From NCBI GenBank assembly GCA_043820105.1, contig JBDREC010000088.1, forward strand, positions 1-64,000: DNA of 64,000 nt, in the 5' to 3' direction. Position numbers and translations under genes: made by a program. Positions 42,876-53,561 of the stretch are shown piece after piece. Every line of letters starts with the position of its first letter. Within the stretch, counting starts at the first letter, position 1. The notes beneath the pieces were generated by a model. That model searched no databases. It saw only the letters and a list, made by a program, of their open reading frames with translations, and was not told the origin of the DNA. The stretch comes from Pseudomonadota bacterium. Lineage in GTDB: Bacteria > Bdellovibrionota_F > JAHFAK01 > JBDREC01.

Positions 42876-44393
42876 ATGAATCGAGCTCTTTCGTTTTTTA
42901 TAGTATTTACATTTCTAACAATTTTACTCCCCACTTGTGAATTTCTCTCTGGAGAAGGGCCAAGTGAATCTAATATCGAAAATCAAAATTTAGAAGAAAA
43001 CAATCTTGATCTTAATGAAAATGGCTTTGGATCAATTAAGTTAAATGTTTTATATAATGAAGCCACAGAAATTTCTTATTTTGAAATTATAATTTCAGAT
43101 GAAGCAGAAGAACTAATAAATTCCACCCTAACACCTGAATCAGGTGAAACAAGTTTTCATATTTATAATATTCCAAGTGGAATAGATCGATCAATTGAGG
43201 TTAATGCTTATGATATTGACGATACGTTAATCTTCCTGGGTTCTGCTACGGCAGATATCACCGCTGATACTGAAAGCACAATTCAAATTCAATTATTAGA
43301 AGTCAACCCACCAGAAGAAAGCTTAGGTGATGCCCAAATCAATGGGTTTGAAGTCACACCTGAAGAAATAACTTTTGATTATTATGGTGCTGCCTGGAGA
43401 GGGGATAACCTCAACAATATGTACATTGGAAAATATGAAGGCCGCATAGCAAGCTTTCGCTTTAAAGCAAAATATACCAAACAAGTTGAAAAGGTGATCT
43501 TATACTTAATTCATAGTTACCCAGGTTACTATGATGGCGACGGGGGACACATATTAATGGAACTTCAGGCAGATGACGGCTCAGCTGATCATCTGCCTGA
43601 TGGTGTCACCTTAGCATCGTCTTTAATAACTGATCCTTTAATTTCATTTTTCAGAGATTTTTATTTTGATTCGCAAGTTACAATTAATGAGGGCCAACTT
43701 TATCACCTTGTTTTTACTAATCCTCACAATGACCCTGTTAATAATTATGTTTCAATTGATATGACCTATTCTGTAGATATTCACAGTCCAAGACAAATTG
43801 CTTTTACAGACGATGAGCTTGGTGTTATTTATAAACGTGCTGGAAACTGGCCATGGGAAGTTAATGAAAGATCATCTCCAATTTTTTCACTTTTCTACAC
43901 TGATGGCGCAAACCAAGGACAGTGTTATATTGAATTTCTATCTAACAGTGCTGTTAGAACAATATCTGGAGATAATAAAGTCAGACAGCACTTTACTGTA
44001 AGCGATTCAACAAAGATTGCACACTCCACTTCTGTTCGAATAAGAAAAATCAATGACAATGGAAGCCTAACTGTTCGCCTTGAAAATAATGATGGCAGTT
44101 TAATTGAAGAAGGGGAAATCTCCGCAGCTGATATTAATAGCTCAATGAGATATGTAACATATAATTTCACAAATACACATGACCTCGAACTTGCCCAAAC
44201 TTATAACCTTGAATTAAGCTCAACAGCCGGCCACTTTGAAACCTATGGAATGCAAGAAGGCGATCATTACGGCATGGATGGCGATTATCTTTTCTTAGAC
44301 GGATATATGCAATATAACACAGGTTCAGGCTGGATAACTCACAGAAACGAATCAATTGATATGCAAGCTTATTTTAGGGTTGAAGCTAATTGA
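42876..44393 (+). CDS. Putative lipoprotein with beta-rich domains
   Basis: LLPTC lipobox-like signal; two related-looking beta-rich modules (GQLYHLVF and AQTYNLEL). Confidence 0.75.
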   Translation: MNRALSFFIVFTFLTILLPTCEFLSGEGPSESNIENQNLEENNLDLNENGFGSIKLNVLYNEATEISYFEIIISDEAEELINSTLTPESGETSFHIYNIPSGIDRSIEVNAYDIDDTLIFLGSATADITADTESTIQIQLLEVNPPEESLGDAQINGFEVTPEEITFDYYGAAWRGDNLNNMYIGKYEGRIASFRFKAKYTKQVEKVILYLIHSYPGYYDGDGGHILMELQADDGSADHLPDGVTLASSLITDPLISFFRDFYFDSQVTINEGQLYHLVFTNPHNDPVNNYVSIDMTYSVDIHSPRQIAFTDDELGVIYKRAGNWPWEVNERSSPIFSLFYTDGANQGQCYIEFLSNSAVRTISGDNKVRQHFTVSDSTKIAHSTSVRIRKINDNGSLTVRLENNDGSLIEEGEISAADINSSMRYVTYNFTNTHDLELAQTYNLELSSTAGHFETYGMQEGDHYGMDGDYLFLDGYMQYNTGSGWITHRNESIDMQAYFRVEAN

Positions 44394-44518
44394 AAGATTA
44401 TCTCACTATTCTTGGGAAAAGTCTTATATAAATTATAATTCAATAATTTTTATTTACATTCCTTCTAAAATTATTAAGTATAAAAAAATATATTTTAACG
44501 TCATTGGAGGGGGAATCC

Positions 44519-45823
44519 ATGAAACAAGTCTTTCTTATTCTTTTAATTTTTTTTTACTTTTTATGCACACACTTATCAATAATTAATGCACAGGATTATT
44601 TAGTTGCAATTGATACATCTGAATACTCGTATGCAGACTTAGTTTTTTCATATGATATAATTGAGGATCGAAAAGATTATGTTCTGGCTCTTGCAAATAA
44701 TGAACACATAAAAGATCTTGAATATAATGAGATTAATTATGAAATTATTGATACTGAACCATTAAAAAATGAATACTTTTTTATCTATCAATACCAAGAA
44801 GATGACCTAGAGCTTTTAGAAGAAATTGGTAAAATTATTTTTTATGATTATGGCACAGTCTTACTCAAAACAAGTCATAAATATGCAATCATTATAGCAC
44901 AATCAGGTTTTGAAATTTCTAAATTATTCTTAGAACCTATAAGTTCTCTGCATCAAGCTCAAGCAATTGAATCTTCAGCTTTTAAATACAATAATGATAT
45001 TAAAGCGATGACGGATTCAGTTGATAAAAAAAAATTGCTTTCAATTGCCACAACACTTGTTGATTTTGGAACAAGAAAATCAACGAGTCCTCAAGGCATT
45101 GAAGCATCAAAATATATTTATAATCAATTTAAAGAATATGGCTTAAAAAGAGTTGGCTTTCATGATTTTGATAAAAATGCCGACAATGTTGTTGCGGTTT
45201 TACCAGGGAATGAGGAACCGGAAAAGATGGTTATAATTGGGGCTCATTATGATTCTCTTTCTTCTTATTATTCAACTGTAGCTCCTGGGGCCGACGATAA
45301 TGCCTCAGGGACTGCTGCGGTCCTAGAAGCAGCCAGAATTTTTTCAAATTATACTTTCAAATATTCTATTGTATTTATAGCCTTTGCAAGTGAGGAGCTT
45401 GGTCTAATTGGATCAAAAAACTATGCTCAAGAGGCAAGGGAAAGAGGCGATGAAATAATTGCCATGATAAACATAGATATGATAGGCTATTTAGCTGAAA
45501 ATGATGTTCCTGATATTGACCTTATTCCAGGAAGAAATGCTCAAGACCTATTAGAACTAGCGCATTTTGCAACAAAAACATATATTGGTGGTTTTTCATC
45601 AATCACCGGAAGTTCTCCAATGTTTGCCTCAAGCGATCATGCTTCTTTTTCAAAATATGGATATAAAGCACTTTGGTTTTTTGAAGACTCAAAAGACGAT
45701 TCTCCGTTCATTCACTCTGCGAATGATATAATGGGCAAGAGTCTTAACAATCCGGAGTTCTTTACAAACTGTACAAAATCTGTAATCGCGACTGCGGCGA
45801 GTCTAGCAGAAGTTATTGATTAA
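44519..45823 (+). CDS. Secreted M28-family aminopeptidase
   Basis: IIGAHYDS, PGADDNASG, EELGLIGS, INIDMIGY, SDHASF and IHSAND motifs. Confidence 0.93.
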   Translation: MKQVFLILLIFFYFLCTHLSIINAQDYLVAIDTSEYSYADLVFSYDIIEDRKDYVLALANNEHIKDLEYNEINYEIIDTEPLKNEYFFIYQYQEDDLELLEEIGKIIFYDYGTVLLKTSHKYAIIIAQSGFEISKLFLEPISSLHQAQAIESSAFKYNNDIKAMTDSVDKKKLLSIATTLVDFGTRKSTSPQGIEASKYIYNQFKEYGLKRVGFHDFDKNADNVVAVLPGNEEPEKMVIIGAHYDSLSSYYSTVAPGADDNASGTAAVLEAARIFSNYTFKYSIVFIAFASEELGLIGSKNYAQEARERGDEIIAMINIDMIGYLAENDVPDIDLIPGRNAQDLLELAHFATKTYIGGFSSITGSSPMFASSDHASFSKYGYKALWFFEDSKDDSPFIHSANDIMGKSLNNPEFFTNCTKSVIATAASLAEVID

Positions 45824-45903
45824 GCGGAAAGATAATATTTCTTTTATTAAATTTAAATAAAGTATAAGCGGATTGATGAATTTTTTAAAGCCGCAAGTTA
45901 AAT

Positions 45904-46440
45904 CTAGCCCAAGATACTTAAACCAAAAAATAAAATAGAATAAAATATTGCAGACCCATAACAGCATTCACCTTCCAGTTTTACAGAAAGATCCTCTTTG
46001 CCGTTATTTAAATAGAAAGTAATATTTTTCATATGTCCGTCAGCGAAGTCCTCAAACTCAAAACGGATTTGAAAATCTGCGCTGAAACTTTCATTAGTAA
46101 GATCATCATTAATATTTAAAGTTATAATCTTATTATCAGGATCCAGACCCGAAAAAGAAATTGCATAACCCTCAAAATACCCGGTAATTGGTTTTCCTTC
46201 TTCGGCGATCACTCCAAATTCTTTTATTTCTTCACCTGTTTTATATTGGCCTTTAATATGACTTCCACATTCTTTTTCTGCCCAAACAGGAATAAGATTG
46301 TATGTTCCAACCAGAACATGATTTACATGTACAAGGTCAAAACCTGCACCTTTGATAAATTCTTTATCAGCGTGACCTTCGCTTGCTAATAGATAAACAG
46401 GAAATAATAAGATTGATAGAAATAGAAAAGATTTTTTCAT
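45904..46440 (-). CDS. Secreted hypothetical protein
   Basis: AAGGAGG RBS; MKKSFLFLSILLFPVYLLA signal peptide. Confidence 0.75.
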   Translation of the reverse strand: MKKSFLFLSILLFPVYLLASEGHADKEFIKGAGFDLVHVNHVLVGTYNLIPVWAEKECGSHIKGQYKTGEEIKEFGVIAEEGKPITGYFEGYAISFSGLDPDNKIITLNINDDLTNESFSADFQIRFEFEDFADGHMKNITFYLNNGKEDLSVKLEGECCYGSAIFYSILFFGLSILG

Positions 46441-46537
46441 TTGCCCCTCCTTGGCGTTTAGTTGTTTAAAATTGAGTTTGCAATTTGCCAATATTAAGAA
46501 TAAAAATCAATTAAATAAATTTCTTAAAGGCTTTAAA

Positions 46538-46807
46538 TTGAAAATAATAAAAAAAGTAAACTTGATATTAATTTTTATAGTTTTCATTAACTTGTTTATA
46601 ATTACTCAACTTTTTTCAGCTGAGCCTCAAGTTAATAATCGGGAAGTTATAGAAAGCAGGAATATATCAACTATTCAAAATATATTAAGTATAATAAAAA
46701 CACTTGAAGCAGAAGCTGTAAACAAGCAAAAAGACTTTGATCACTCTAAAAATGAAGCTGAGCAACAGGAAATTACAAAACAGATTTCCTCTTCCAGCAG
46801 TTCCTAA
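46538..46807 (+). pseudogene. Probable 3'-truncated exported or membrane protein
   Basis: TTG start, signal-like stretch and coiled coil, ending abruptly (SSSSSS*) and overlapping the stop of the convergent gene. Confidence 0.4.
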
Positions 46808-47616
46808 AAAAGCAATGTACATCTCGTGTTTGGAACATTGCCTTCTATAGCAAGCAAAGGATTACTTTCTATACCATACACAGCTTCAATTGAATTAATT
46901 TCTAAAATTGAATCTACTGCCAAAGTTTCTGTAATTTGGAAAATCTCTCTGGTTAACAACCTTAATTGACTTTTAATAAATAGATTGGAAGATTCAAGCA
47001 AAAGCACATTAAGAAACCACTCATAAATTGCTCGGTCCTGTTTCACCTGCCCCAGTGCCCTATCTATAACGTGACATGCAGTAACAAGGGTTTCAGGATT
47101 TTTATCAACAATCCAGGCCATATATTGTATTGCTTCATATGAAGACTCCTCAAAAGACACTCTTATCATTGGATCAAAATTTAATCCCCCAGTTGTATGA
47201 GCACCAGCCAACACAAACCGTGCAAGATATACTAAAACATTATTTCTAAGTGGACCATAATTTGTTTGCAGTGCTATTTCTCCCAAAACCTTAATTTCAT
47301 CACCCTTTATAAAATTCTTTTTTCTAGTGCTTGGGTCAATATAGTCATTGTAAATTTTGTGAATTCGCTCTGGGTATTCCAATGCTTCGTTAATCAATAA
47401 TCCTAGTATTTGAATTGAATCATAATTTTCATTTGATAAACTTACAATTTCATCATTGCCTGATATTATCAATCCCTTATCAGAGGAGGGATTTGAGTTT
47501 TGTAAAACACTATCATCTTCAGGATCAAGCGTTGTTGAATCCATTGAATCTTCTGCAAATACAATAAGTGAAATGATATGATAAAGAAAAAGGGTTAAGC
47601 ACAATAGTTGTTTCAT
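46804..47616 (-). CDS. Secreted hypothetical protein ending CTLLF
   Basis: Likely start MKQLLCL; signal peptide ending IVFA. Confidence 0.75.
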   Translation of the reverse strand: MKQLLCLTLFLYHIISLIVFAEDSMDSTTLDPEDDSVLQNSNPSSDKGLIISGNDEIVSLSNENYDSIQILGLLINEALEYPERIHKIYNDYIDPSTRKKNFIKGDEIKVLGEIALQTNYGPLRNNVLVYLARFVLAGAHTTGGLNFDPMIRVSFEESSYEAIQYMAWIVDKNPETLVTACHVIDRALGQVKQDRAIYEWFLNVLLLESSNLFIKSQLRLLTREIFQITETLAVDSILEINSIEAVYGIESNPLLAIEGNVPNTRCTLLF

Positions 47617-47660
47617 AATATATTTAAATCCTATTTTAAATGCAAACTTTTGCATAAGCT

Positions 47661-47675
47661 GCAAGAAAAGTGCCA
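47661..47675 (-). promoter_or_regulatory. sigma-54 promoter
   Basis: Consensus TGGCAC-TTTTC-TTGC on minus strand. Confidence 0.85.
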
Positions 47676-47759
47676 GAACAAATAATTGTCATTTCCTATA
47701 ATGTCAAGAGCTTATTACAAATTTAGATAAAGGAACCCTTAATATTGAGACAATTTTCC

Positions 47760-48109
47760 CCCAGCTTTTTTTTCATAACCACCTAACTTTGAATCACCCT
47801 TTGAAATCTCAGCAGAAAAGGAGCAATATTCATATGGTTCAATTAGCTCAAAAGGATCCCATATCCTAAAATTTCTTTAACTAGAATTGAACCCATTATA
47901 GATGAAAAACCTTCATCAAAAGCTGCTGCTGGGCACCCTCCCTGTAAATGTCCATTATTGCCAGGACAGGGTGCTGCACTATCAGAGTTTTTATAAAACC
48001 AAACATGCATTGATTTATGAAAGGATATTTCAGCAATATTAGGATAATTACCATTTGTATAATCATCTAAATAGAGCTTACCCTTAAAAGAGTTTCCAAT
48101 ATTGTTTTT
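47760..48109 (-). pseudogene. Decayed zinc-metallopeptidase (gluzincin-like) fragment
   Basis: Startless frame 48109-47843 reads ...AEISFHKSMHVWFY...AAAFDEGFSS, i.e. HExxH with E>K plus a downstream EG ligand motif; an apparent frameshifted continuation reads DPFELIEPYEYC. Confidence 0.55.
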
Positions 48110-48147
48110 TTATTTGCCTTCTTTCTTAGAATAATTGTAATGACACC

Positions 48148-49785
48148 ATGAAAATAATTTTAATTCAGCCTCCAATTCAGGATTTTTATGATACCAAGAT
48201 AAGACTGCAACCATTAGGTCTTGCATATTTAAAAGCAAGCATTAATAAATTTCATTCTGAGGTAGAGGTTAAAATTAAGGATTATCACGCTGGATTTAAA
48301 AGACAAACCATTTCCTATCCAAAAGAACTTTCTTATTTAAAGGATTATTACAAGTACCCTGACAAATCGCATTTTTCTAGCTTCTATCAGTACTATCATT
48401 TTGGTGCGAGCTTTGAATTTATTGCTACTGACATTGAAAGTGAAAAGCCAGACTTAGTTGCAATATCATCTTCCTTTTCTCCCTATTATAAGGAAGTTTT
48501 AAAATGTGCTGAAGTAATAAAATCAAAATTAAATGTTCCGATTGTCTTAGGTGGATCCCATGCCTCAAGTATGCCTGAAATGATGCTTGAAAATAAAAAC
48601 ATCGATTTTATTATAATTGGTGAAGGAGAAAGGCCAATAGTTGAACTAATAAAGGCACTCACAGAAAATAGAGATATCGCTCAGGTTCCTAGTCTTGTTT
48701 TTAAACAAGAGGATAAAATAATTTATAATAAGCTACAAGAAAATTATGATATTAACAAATTAGCTATTCCTGATTTTAATGACCTAAACCCACAAAATTA
48801 CCTTTATGATGGCAAACCACTTAGCTTTATTATCACCTCCAGAGGCTGCCCTTTTAAATGTTCGTTTTGCTCGATTAACAAAGTATTTGGAAAAAATTAT
48901 AGACGAAGGAATAATGAGTCCATTATAGAGGAAATGCTTTTAAGATATGAAACTGGCATAAGAGTTTTTGATTTTGAAGATGACAATCTAAGTTTTCACA
49001 AAACAGAATTTTCAAAGCTATGCAAATTAATTATTAGTACCTTCACAAGAAAAGACATTCAACTTCTAGCAATGAATGGAATTTCTTATCAACTTCTTGA
49101 TAAAGAAATTTTAGGTTTGATGAAAGAAGCTGGTTTCACACATTTAAATATATCTTTAGTATCATGTGATCTATCAACACAAGACAAAACAAAAAGATCA
49201 TTGGACTTAAAAAAATATGAATCTGTAGTTAAAGAAGCTTTTTTACTTGGGCTTAAAACAGTTTCTTATCAAATTCTTGGTTTGCCAAATGAAAGCCTTG
49301 AAACAATGATTGATACTTTAATTTATCAAAGCCAAAATCCAGTTTTAATAGGTTCATCTATGTACTATCAAACCCCTGGATCACATCTATCAGGGGGAAT
49401 TGAAAAATCGTCACTATCTGATGTCTATAAATCGCGCTTAACTACAATGGCGATTGAAACAGATCTATTTAAAAGAGAGGACATATATACTCTTTTTATT
49501 ATAACAAGAATAATTAATTTCATTAAGAGTCTAGAAACTGACCAAAAAGAGATTTCAATTCAAAAGGCATTGAACTTATTAGAAAATAAAGATTTAAGGT
49601 CAAAAACTTCAGTAGAAATATTAAACTTACTTCTATCGGGCAAAGGTTTTTTTGCCTACACAAAAGAAGGTCAAAAAATTCAAAACAAATTTGATAATAA
49701 TTTGTTTTTAAAAATCTGGATGCAACTTAGTTATATAAAAACGCAGAAAGGAATAATAATACTGAAAAATAGTATTATCAGCTAA
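48148..49785 (+). CDS. B12-binding radical SAM protein
   Basis: PLGLAYL, LGGSHAS, GEGE, TSRGCPFKCSFC and FEDDN motifs. Confidence 0.93.
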   Translation: MKIILIQPPIQDFYDTKIRLQPLGLAYLKASINKFHSEVEVKIKDYHAGFKRQTISYPKELSYLKDYYKYPDKSHFSSFYQYYHFGASFEFIATDIESEKPDLVAISSSFSPYYKEVLKCAEVIKSKLNVPIVLGGSHASSMPEMMLENKNIDFIIIGEGERPIVELIKALTENRDIAQVPSLVFKQEDKIIYNKLQENYDINKLAIPDFNDLNPQNYLYDGKPLSFIITSRGCPFKCSFCSINKVFGKNYRRRNNESIIEEMLLRYETGIRVFDFEDDNLSFHKTEFSKLCKLIISTFTRKDIQLLAMNGISYQLLDKEILGLMKEAGFTHLNISLVSCDLSTQDKTKRSLDLKKYESVVKEAFLLGLKTVSYQILGLPNESLETMIDTLIYQSQNPVLIGSSMYYQTPGSHLSGGIEKSSLSDVYKSRLTTMAIETDLFKREDIYTLFIITRIINFIKSLETDQKEISIQKALNLLENKDLRSKTSVEILNLLLSGKGFFAYTKEGQKIQNKFDNNLFLKIWMQLSYIKTQKGIIILKNSIIS

Positions 49786-52700
49786 GCCCTTGGAGGGATA
49801 TTTGATCTTGTGTCTAAAGCTGCTACCATGGAAATATTATAACCATAGCGCTGAACTAGAACTTTTCGTTTTTCTGATGTTTCTTTTTGAGCAATATCAT
49901 GTAATCTATCTTTTGAAATTAACAAAGGAACGTCTTCATCAAAAGTTTCATTATAATATTCACGGATCATAGCAAAGGCATCAGTATTAAAAATACCTAA
50001 AACTTTAGATTGTCTACCAAAGGCTGAAGCATCAGGAATAGCAACCGTATAGTCACCATTTTGCCCCCATATATTATTAATAATCATCAATGCAACATTA
50101 AAAGTTGTAGCACCAAATTTCCCATCTATTCTATAATTTGCGGGCAAGTCAAGGTTTAGAGATTTTGCAATTTGATAAAGTGTAAGTTGAACAGCCATTG
50201 CAACAGGTACTGCGGCCCCTCCATTATGAGCGTCACAAAGAGCAATAAAAAGATCTTCTTTATTTACATTAAAACCATATTTTTGAGCAAGACCATTGTA
50301 AACATCTCTATTAGCATCTCTCATTTCAAGCGCAATTTTTGCAGCGAAAGATGGATCCTGAAGATTCATAAGAGCTTCTTGTCTGGAAAGATTATGGCGG
50401 CTTTGAGTAAAATCAACAGACACTTCAAAAGCACCTGTTGATCCAGCTTTTAAAGATCTTTCAATGTGTTCATTTTCTTTGGTAGCCCTGTCAGCGATAT
50501 CAAAAGATTCTCTGGCAAATTGCTGTGCCACCTGAGGTCCAAAATATTCATTTTCCATGTAAAAGTTTTTAAGCCGTTCAATACCTTCATTAATGCCCTG
50601 TTCTAAAACACTCGCTTTTTCTTCCACATAGTCAGATACAGACTCAAAAGACTCAGCAGCGGTTAAATAGGCTTTTGCTTTTGCATGTGCAATTGAACTA
50701 TCTGCTTTCATTAATTCTTGAGCTTTTTCCCTATACCTTCTTGCCATTTCTAAATTAGCATCACTAACAGTCTTTGATCCTGATTTTATGGTTGGCGAAA
50801 CAATCCCTTGAGCAACAATAGTTGAGATGCTTTCTGGACTGTGAATATATTCATTGCCTAAAACAGCTAAATTCCCTGCATAATGAACACCTCTGGCTGC
50901 TACATCACCAGCTGTTTCAACGCCGCCAGCAGCCAGATCTCTAGCTGATGAAAGCATGCCTTCTTGCCCTGATTCACTTCTAACTTTTTTAGCAACTACT
51001 AAAGAAGCATCATGAGTAATATCAACAGCTGCTTCCCTCATCATAACAGTCCCTTCCATTCTTTGCCTTGCATTTTCTCCTTGAGCTGCAAGTTCAAAAC
51101 CCGTTGCTAAACCTTGTGCATTAGCCCTTGATAAAGGATTCGCTTCTGTTTCAGATTTTCCAAGTTGTTCTCTCCCAAAAAGCTGCTCTAAGTATTCTCT
51201 ATCTTCTTCATCTCCAAAAGTTTGAATTTCAATAGCTTCATTTACTTCTGCAGGTAAAGCTCCAGTATGAATATCCTGAATCAAAGGACCATCCATGCTT
51301 CTATGTTCTCTGCTGGCTGTAATTTCCTTGTCTTCATAAACTCTTTCTTGGAGCGCTATTTGCTCATAGGCAGCATTACAAACTTTTTCAATATGTTCTT
51401 TTCTTGCCACAAAGGCAACTTCTGATAAGGCCTGCTCTGATCCCCACTTTTTGATTGATAGATCAATGTTTGGATCAAGCAAGTCCAAAGTAGCAGCTAT
51501 TGACTTTGCTTGAGCATATGTCCAAAAACTTCCCATTTTTAGTGGACAAACATCATTAACCCACTGGCTCATTGAATATCCAGATGGAATAACTTGGGCA
51601 TACCAGCCATCTTCGGACTTATACATTCTTTGTATTGCAAGCTTCATTAACCTTAATATTCCTTTTTCTTTATAGTTTGGCGTATTTATATCAAACGTAT
51701 GAACATAGGAAATAAAGGCATCAATATCATTAATTTTTGGCAGCATTTGCTTTGGCCCACCGATCATTCTTTCTGGATTTATACCTGCATAAAAACATGC
51801 AAGCATTAAATATTTCCATTCTGCTTCTATTTTTCCTTCTGTCGCATATCTTTCAGGATATTGATTTTTGTAAGCATCCATTGCATTTTGAGCAGCCCCC
51901 ATCGGAAAAAATCCAGCTATTTGAGGAGGAATTATACTTGTAGCTTCTCCTCTTAAAACAGCACTAATTCCTGTTTTCACTTTTTTATGATTTAATGTAA
52001 AAATTTCAACTGGAGCGAACAATCTTGAACCAATCATTAAGGAAAGGGGTGTTGTTCTTTCAGCTCCAATAATTTCATGAGTAATTATAACATCCGTAAA
52101 TCTAAATTTCTCACCGCTATTAATTCTTTTGCTTATCGAGATTTCTTCCCATGTTTCATTCCTGAAAACTTCTGGATTCATTCCTTGAATAATTTGATTA
52201 TTCATGTTCCAAATATTATTGGAAAAGGACAATCCACCAGAAACATCATAAGTTTTAGCGAGTAATTTTTTAAAATTTCCATTTTCGCTTGCTATAAATT
52301 CTTTTGTTTGAACACCTCTGTTAATTGAAATATGACTTGAAGATGCTGTTATTTTTTTTGTTTCTTGGCTTGCATAAGAAGCAATTATTTTTCCAGCTGC
52401 TCCTGTTCCACTAAACAAGTATGATACTGTTCCATATACGGCTTCATTTGTTTTTGCAAAATTAATAAAATTTTTGTAATCATTTATGAGATTTGAGGCA
52501 TTTGAAGAAAATATTTTTGTTTTGGTCCAAACTGTCTTATTTCTTCTGGCTTCACTTGCCCACTGAGTTTCATATCCTGGAATAAGCAATTCTCTATTGG
52601 CGGCCCTTCTATTTAATTGCCAGGCATCTCCATGGGGAAAGCTTACATTAAAAAAAGCAGATAATGTACCAATAACATGGGCTGCACATTTAGCTCCTTC

Positions 52701-53231
52701 TACAAGACCTTCTTCATTTCCATAAATAACAGGCATTACATCATCTGTCCTCAAGCCAATTTCAAACATGCCAGGTGAAGGCGAAAGTCCACTTTTTTTA
52801 CCTGCTGAATATTCAAACTCACCCTCTAATGCTTCTGTCTCAAACTCAGGAAAAGAAAAGACAACAGCAGTTTCGCCTGTATCATCATCCAATGAACTCT
52901 GTTTTAATATCCCAGCGATATGAAGTTTTTGTAAAACTTCAAGTTTTTGACTTTCGTCAGAACATTTAACTATAACTTCAAAACCTGCTTTTAACCACCT
53001 AACTTCTTTATTCTTAATTTGTATGATTTGTTCTTCAGATTCTATCTGATATTCTGCAACACCAAGGAATCTTGCTAAATTTTTCTTGTAGCCACAGATT
53101 TTAGTCAACTCAGGACTGTTTTGAATTATTTCGAATTCAGGAAGATTAAAAGTTACTTCCAGATCAGGACTTGCATAAAGGGGAACAAATAAAAGAATAC
53201 TTATTATAATTATTATAAACCTATTAGTCAT
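49782..53231 (-). CDS. Large secreted protein with lysozyme/DUF1615-like C-terminus
   Basis: Signal peptide ending PLYA; C-terminal STGAFEVSVDF...DAHNGG...AVQ...IDGKFGATT. Confidence 0.65.
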   Translation of the reverse strand: MTNRFIIIIISILLFVPLYASPDLEVTFNLPEFEIIQNSPELTKICGYKKNLARFLGVAEYQIESEEQIIQIKNKEVRWLKAGFEVIVKCSDESQKLEVLQKLHIAGILKQSSLDDDTGETAVVFSFPEFETEALEGEFEYSAGKKSGLSPSPGMFEIGLRTDDVMPVIYGNEEGLVEGAKCAAHVIGTLSAFFNVSFPHGDAWQLNRRAANRELLIPGYETQWASEARRNKTVWTKTKIFSSNASNLINDYKNFINFAKTNEAVYGTVSYLFSGTGAAGKIIASYASQETKKITASSSHISINRGVQTKEFIASENGNFKKLLAKTYDVSGGLSFSNNIWNMNNQIIQGMNPEVFRNETWEEISISKRINSGEKFRFTDVIITHEIIGAERTTPLSLMIGSRLFAPVEIFTLNHKKVKTGISAVLRGEATSIIPPQIAGFFPMGAAQNAMDAYKNQYPERYATEGKIEAEWKYLMLACFYAGINPERMIGGPKQMLPKINDIDAFISYVHTFDINTPNYKEKGILRLMKLAIQRMYKSEDGWYAQVIPSGYSMSQWVNDVCPLKMGSFWTYAQAKSIAATLDLLDPNIDLSIKKWGSEQALSEVAFVARKEHIEKVCNAAYEQIALQERVYEDKEITASREHRSMDGPLIQDIHTGALPAEVNEAIEIQTFGDEEDREYLEQLFGREQLGKSETEANPLSRANAQGLATGFELAAQGENARQRMEGTVMMREAAVDITHDASLVVAKKVRSESGQEGMLSSARDLAAGGVETAGDVAARGVHYAGNLAVLGNEYIHSPESISTIVAQGIVSPTIKSGSKTVSDANLEMARRYREKAQELMKADSSIAHAKAKAYLTAAESFESVSDYVEEKASVLEQGINEGIERLKNFYMENEYFGPQVAQQFARESFDIADRATKENEHIERSLKAGSTGAFEVSVDFTQSRHNLSRQEALMNLQDPSFAAKIALEMRDANRDVYNGLAQKYGFNVNKEDLFIALCDAHNGGAAVPVAMAVQLTLYQIAKSLNLDLPANYRIDGKFGATTFNVALMIINNIWGQNGDYTVAIPDASAFGRQSKVLGIFNTDAFAMIREYYNETFDEDVPLLISKDRLHDIAQKETSEKRKVLVQRYGYNISMVAALDTRSNIPPRA

Positions 53232-53288
53232 TTTAAACCCTACCCTCTTTTAGAAATAAACATTTTTTTATATTCCCCTAAATATAAA

Positions 53289-53303
53289 GCAATCTTCATG
53301 CCA
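53289..53303 (-). promoter_or_regulatory. sigma-54 promoter
   Basis: TGGCAT-GAAGA-TTGC on minus strand. Confidence 0.82.
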
Positions 53304-53561
53304 GATATTAAAAATGTTATTAGTTCTTTATTTTCAGGCCATTAAGTCGGGCAAACTACGGTTTTTATGTTAAAATCGCAATTTCCATAGTAATTATTCT
53401 GTATTTTTTACATTAATGCCAAAACCGACTTGTCCCCTTACACATTATCCAAGTTTACACTATTATTCCAAAAGACTCAATCCAAGACACTTTAACATAA
53501 AATTCCGACAACCAAAAACATAACCCCCTGTTTTCACTCAGTTTCCCAGTCACTGGCGAAA

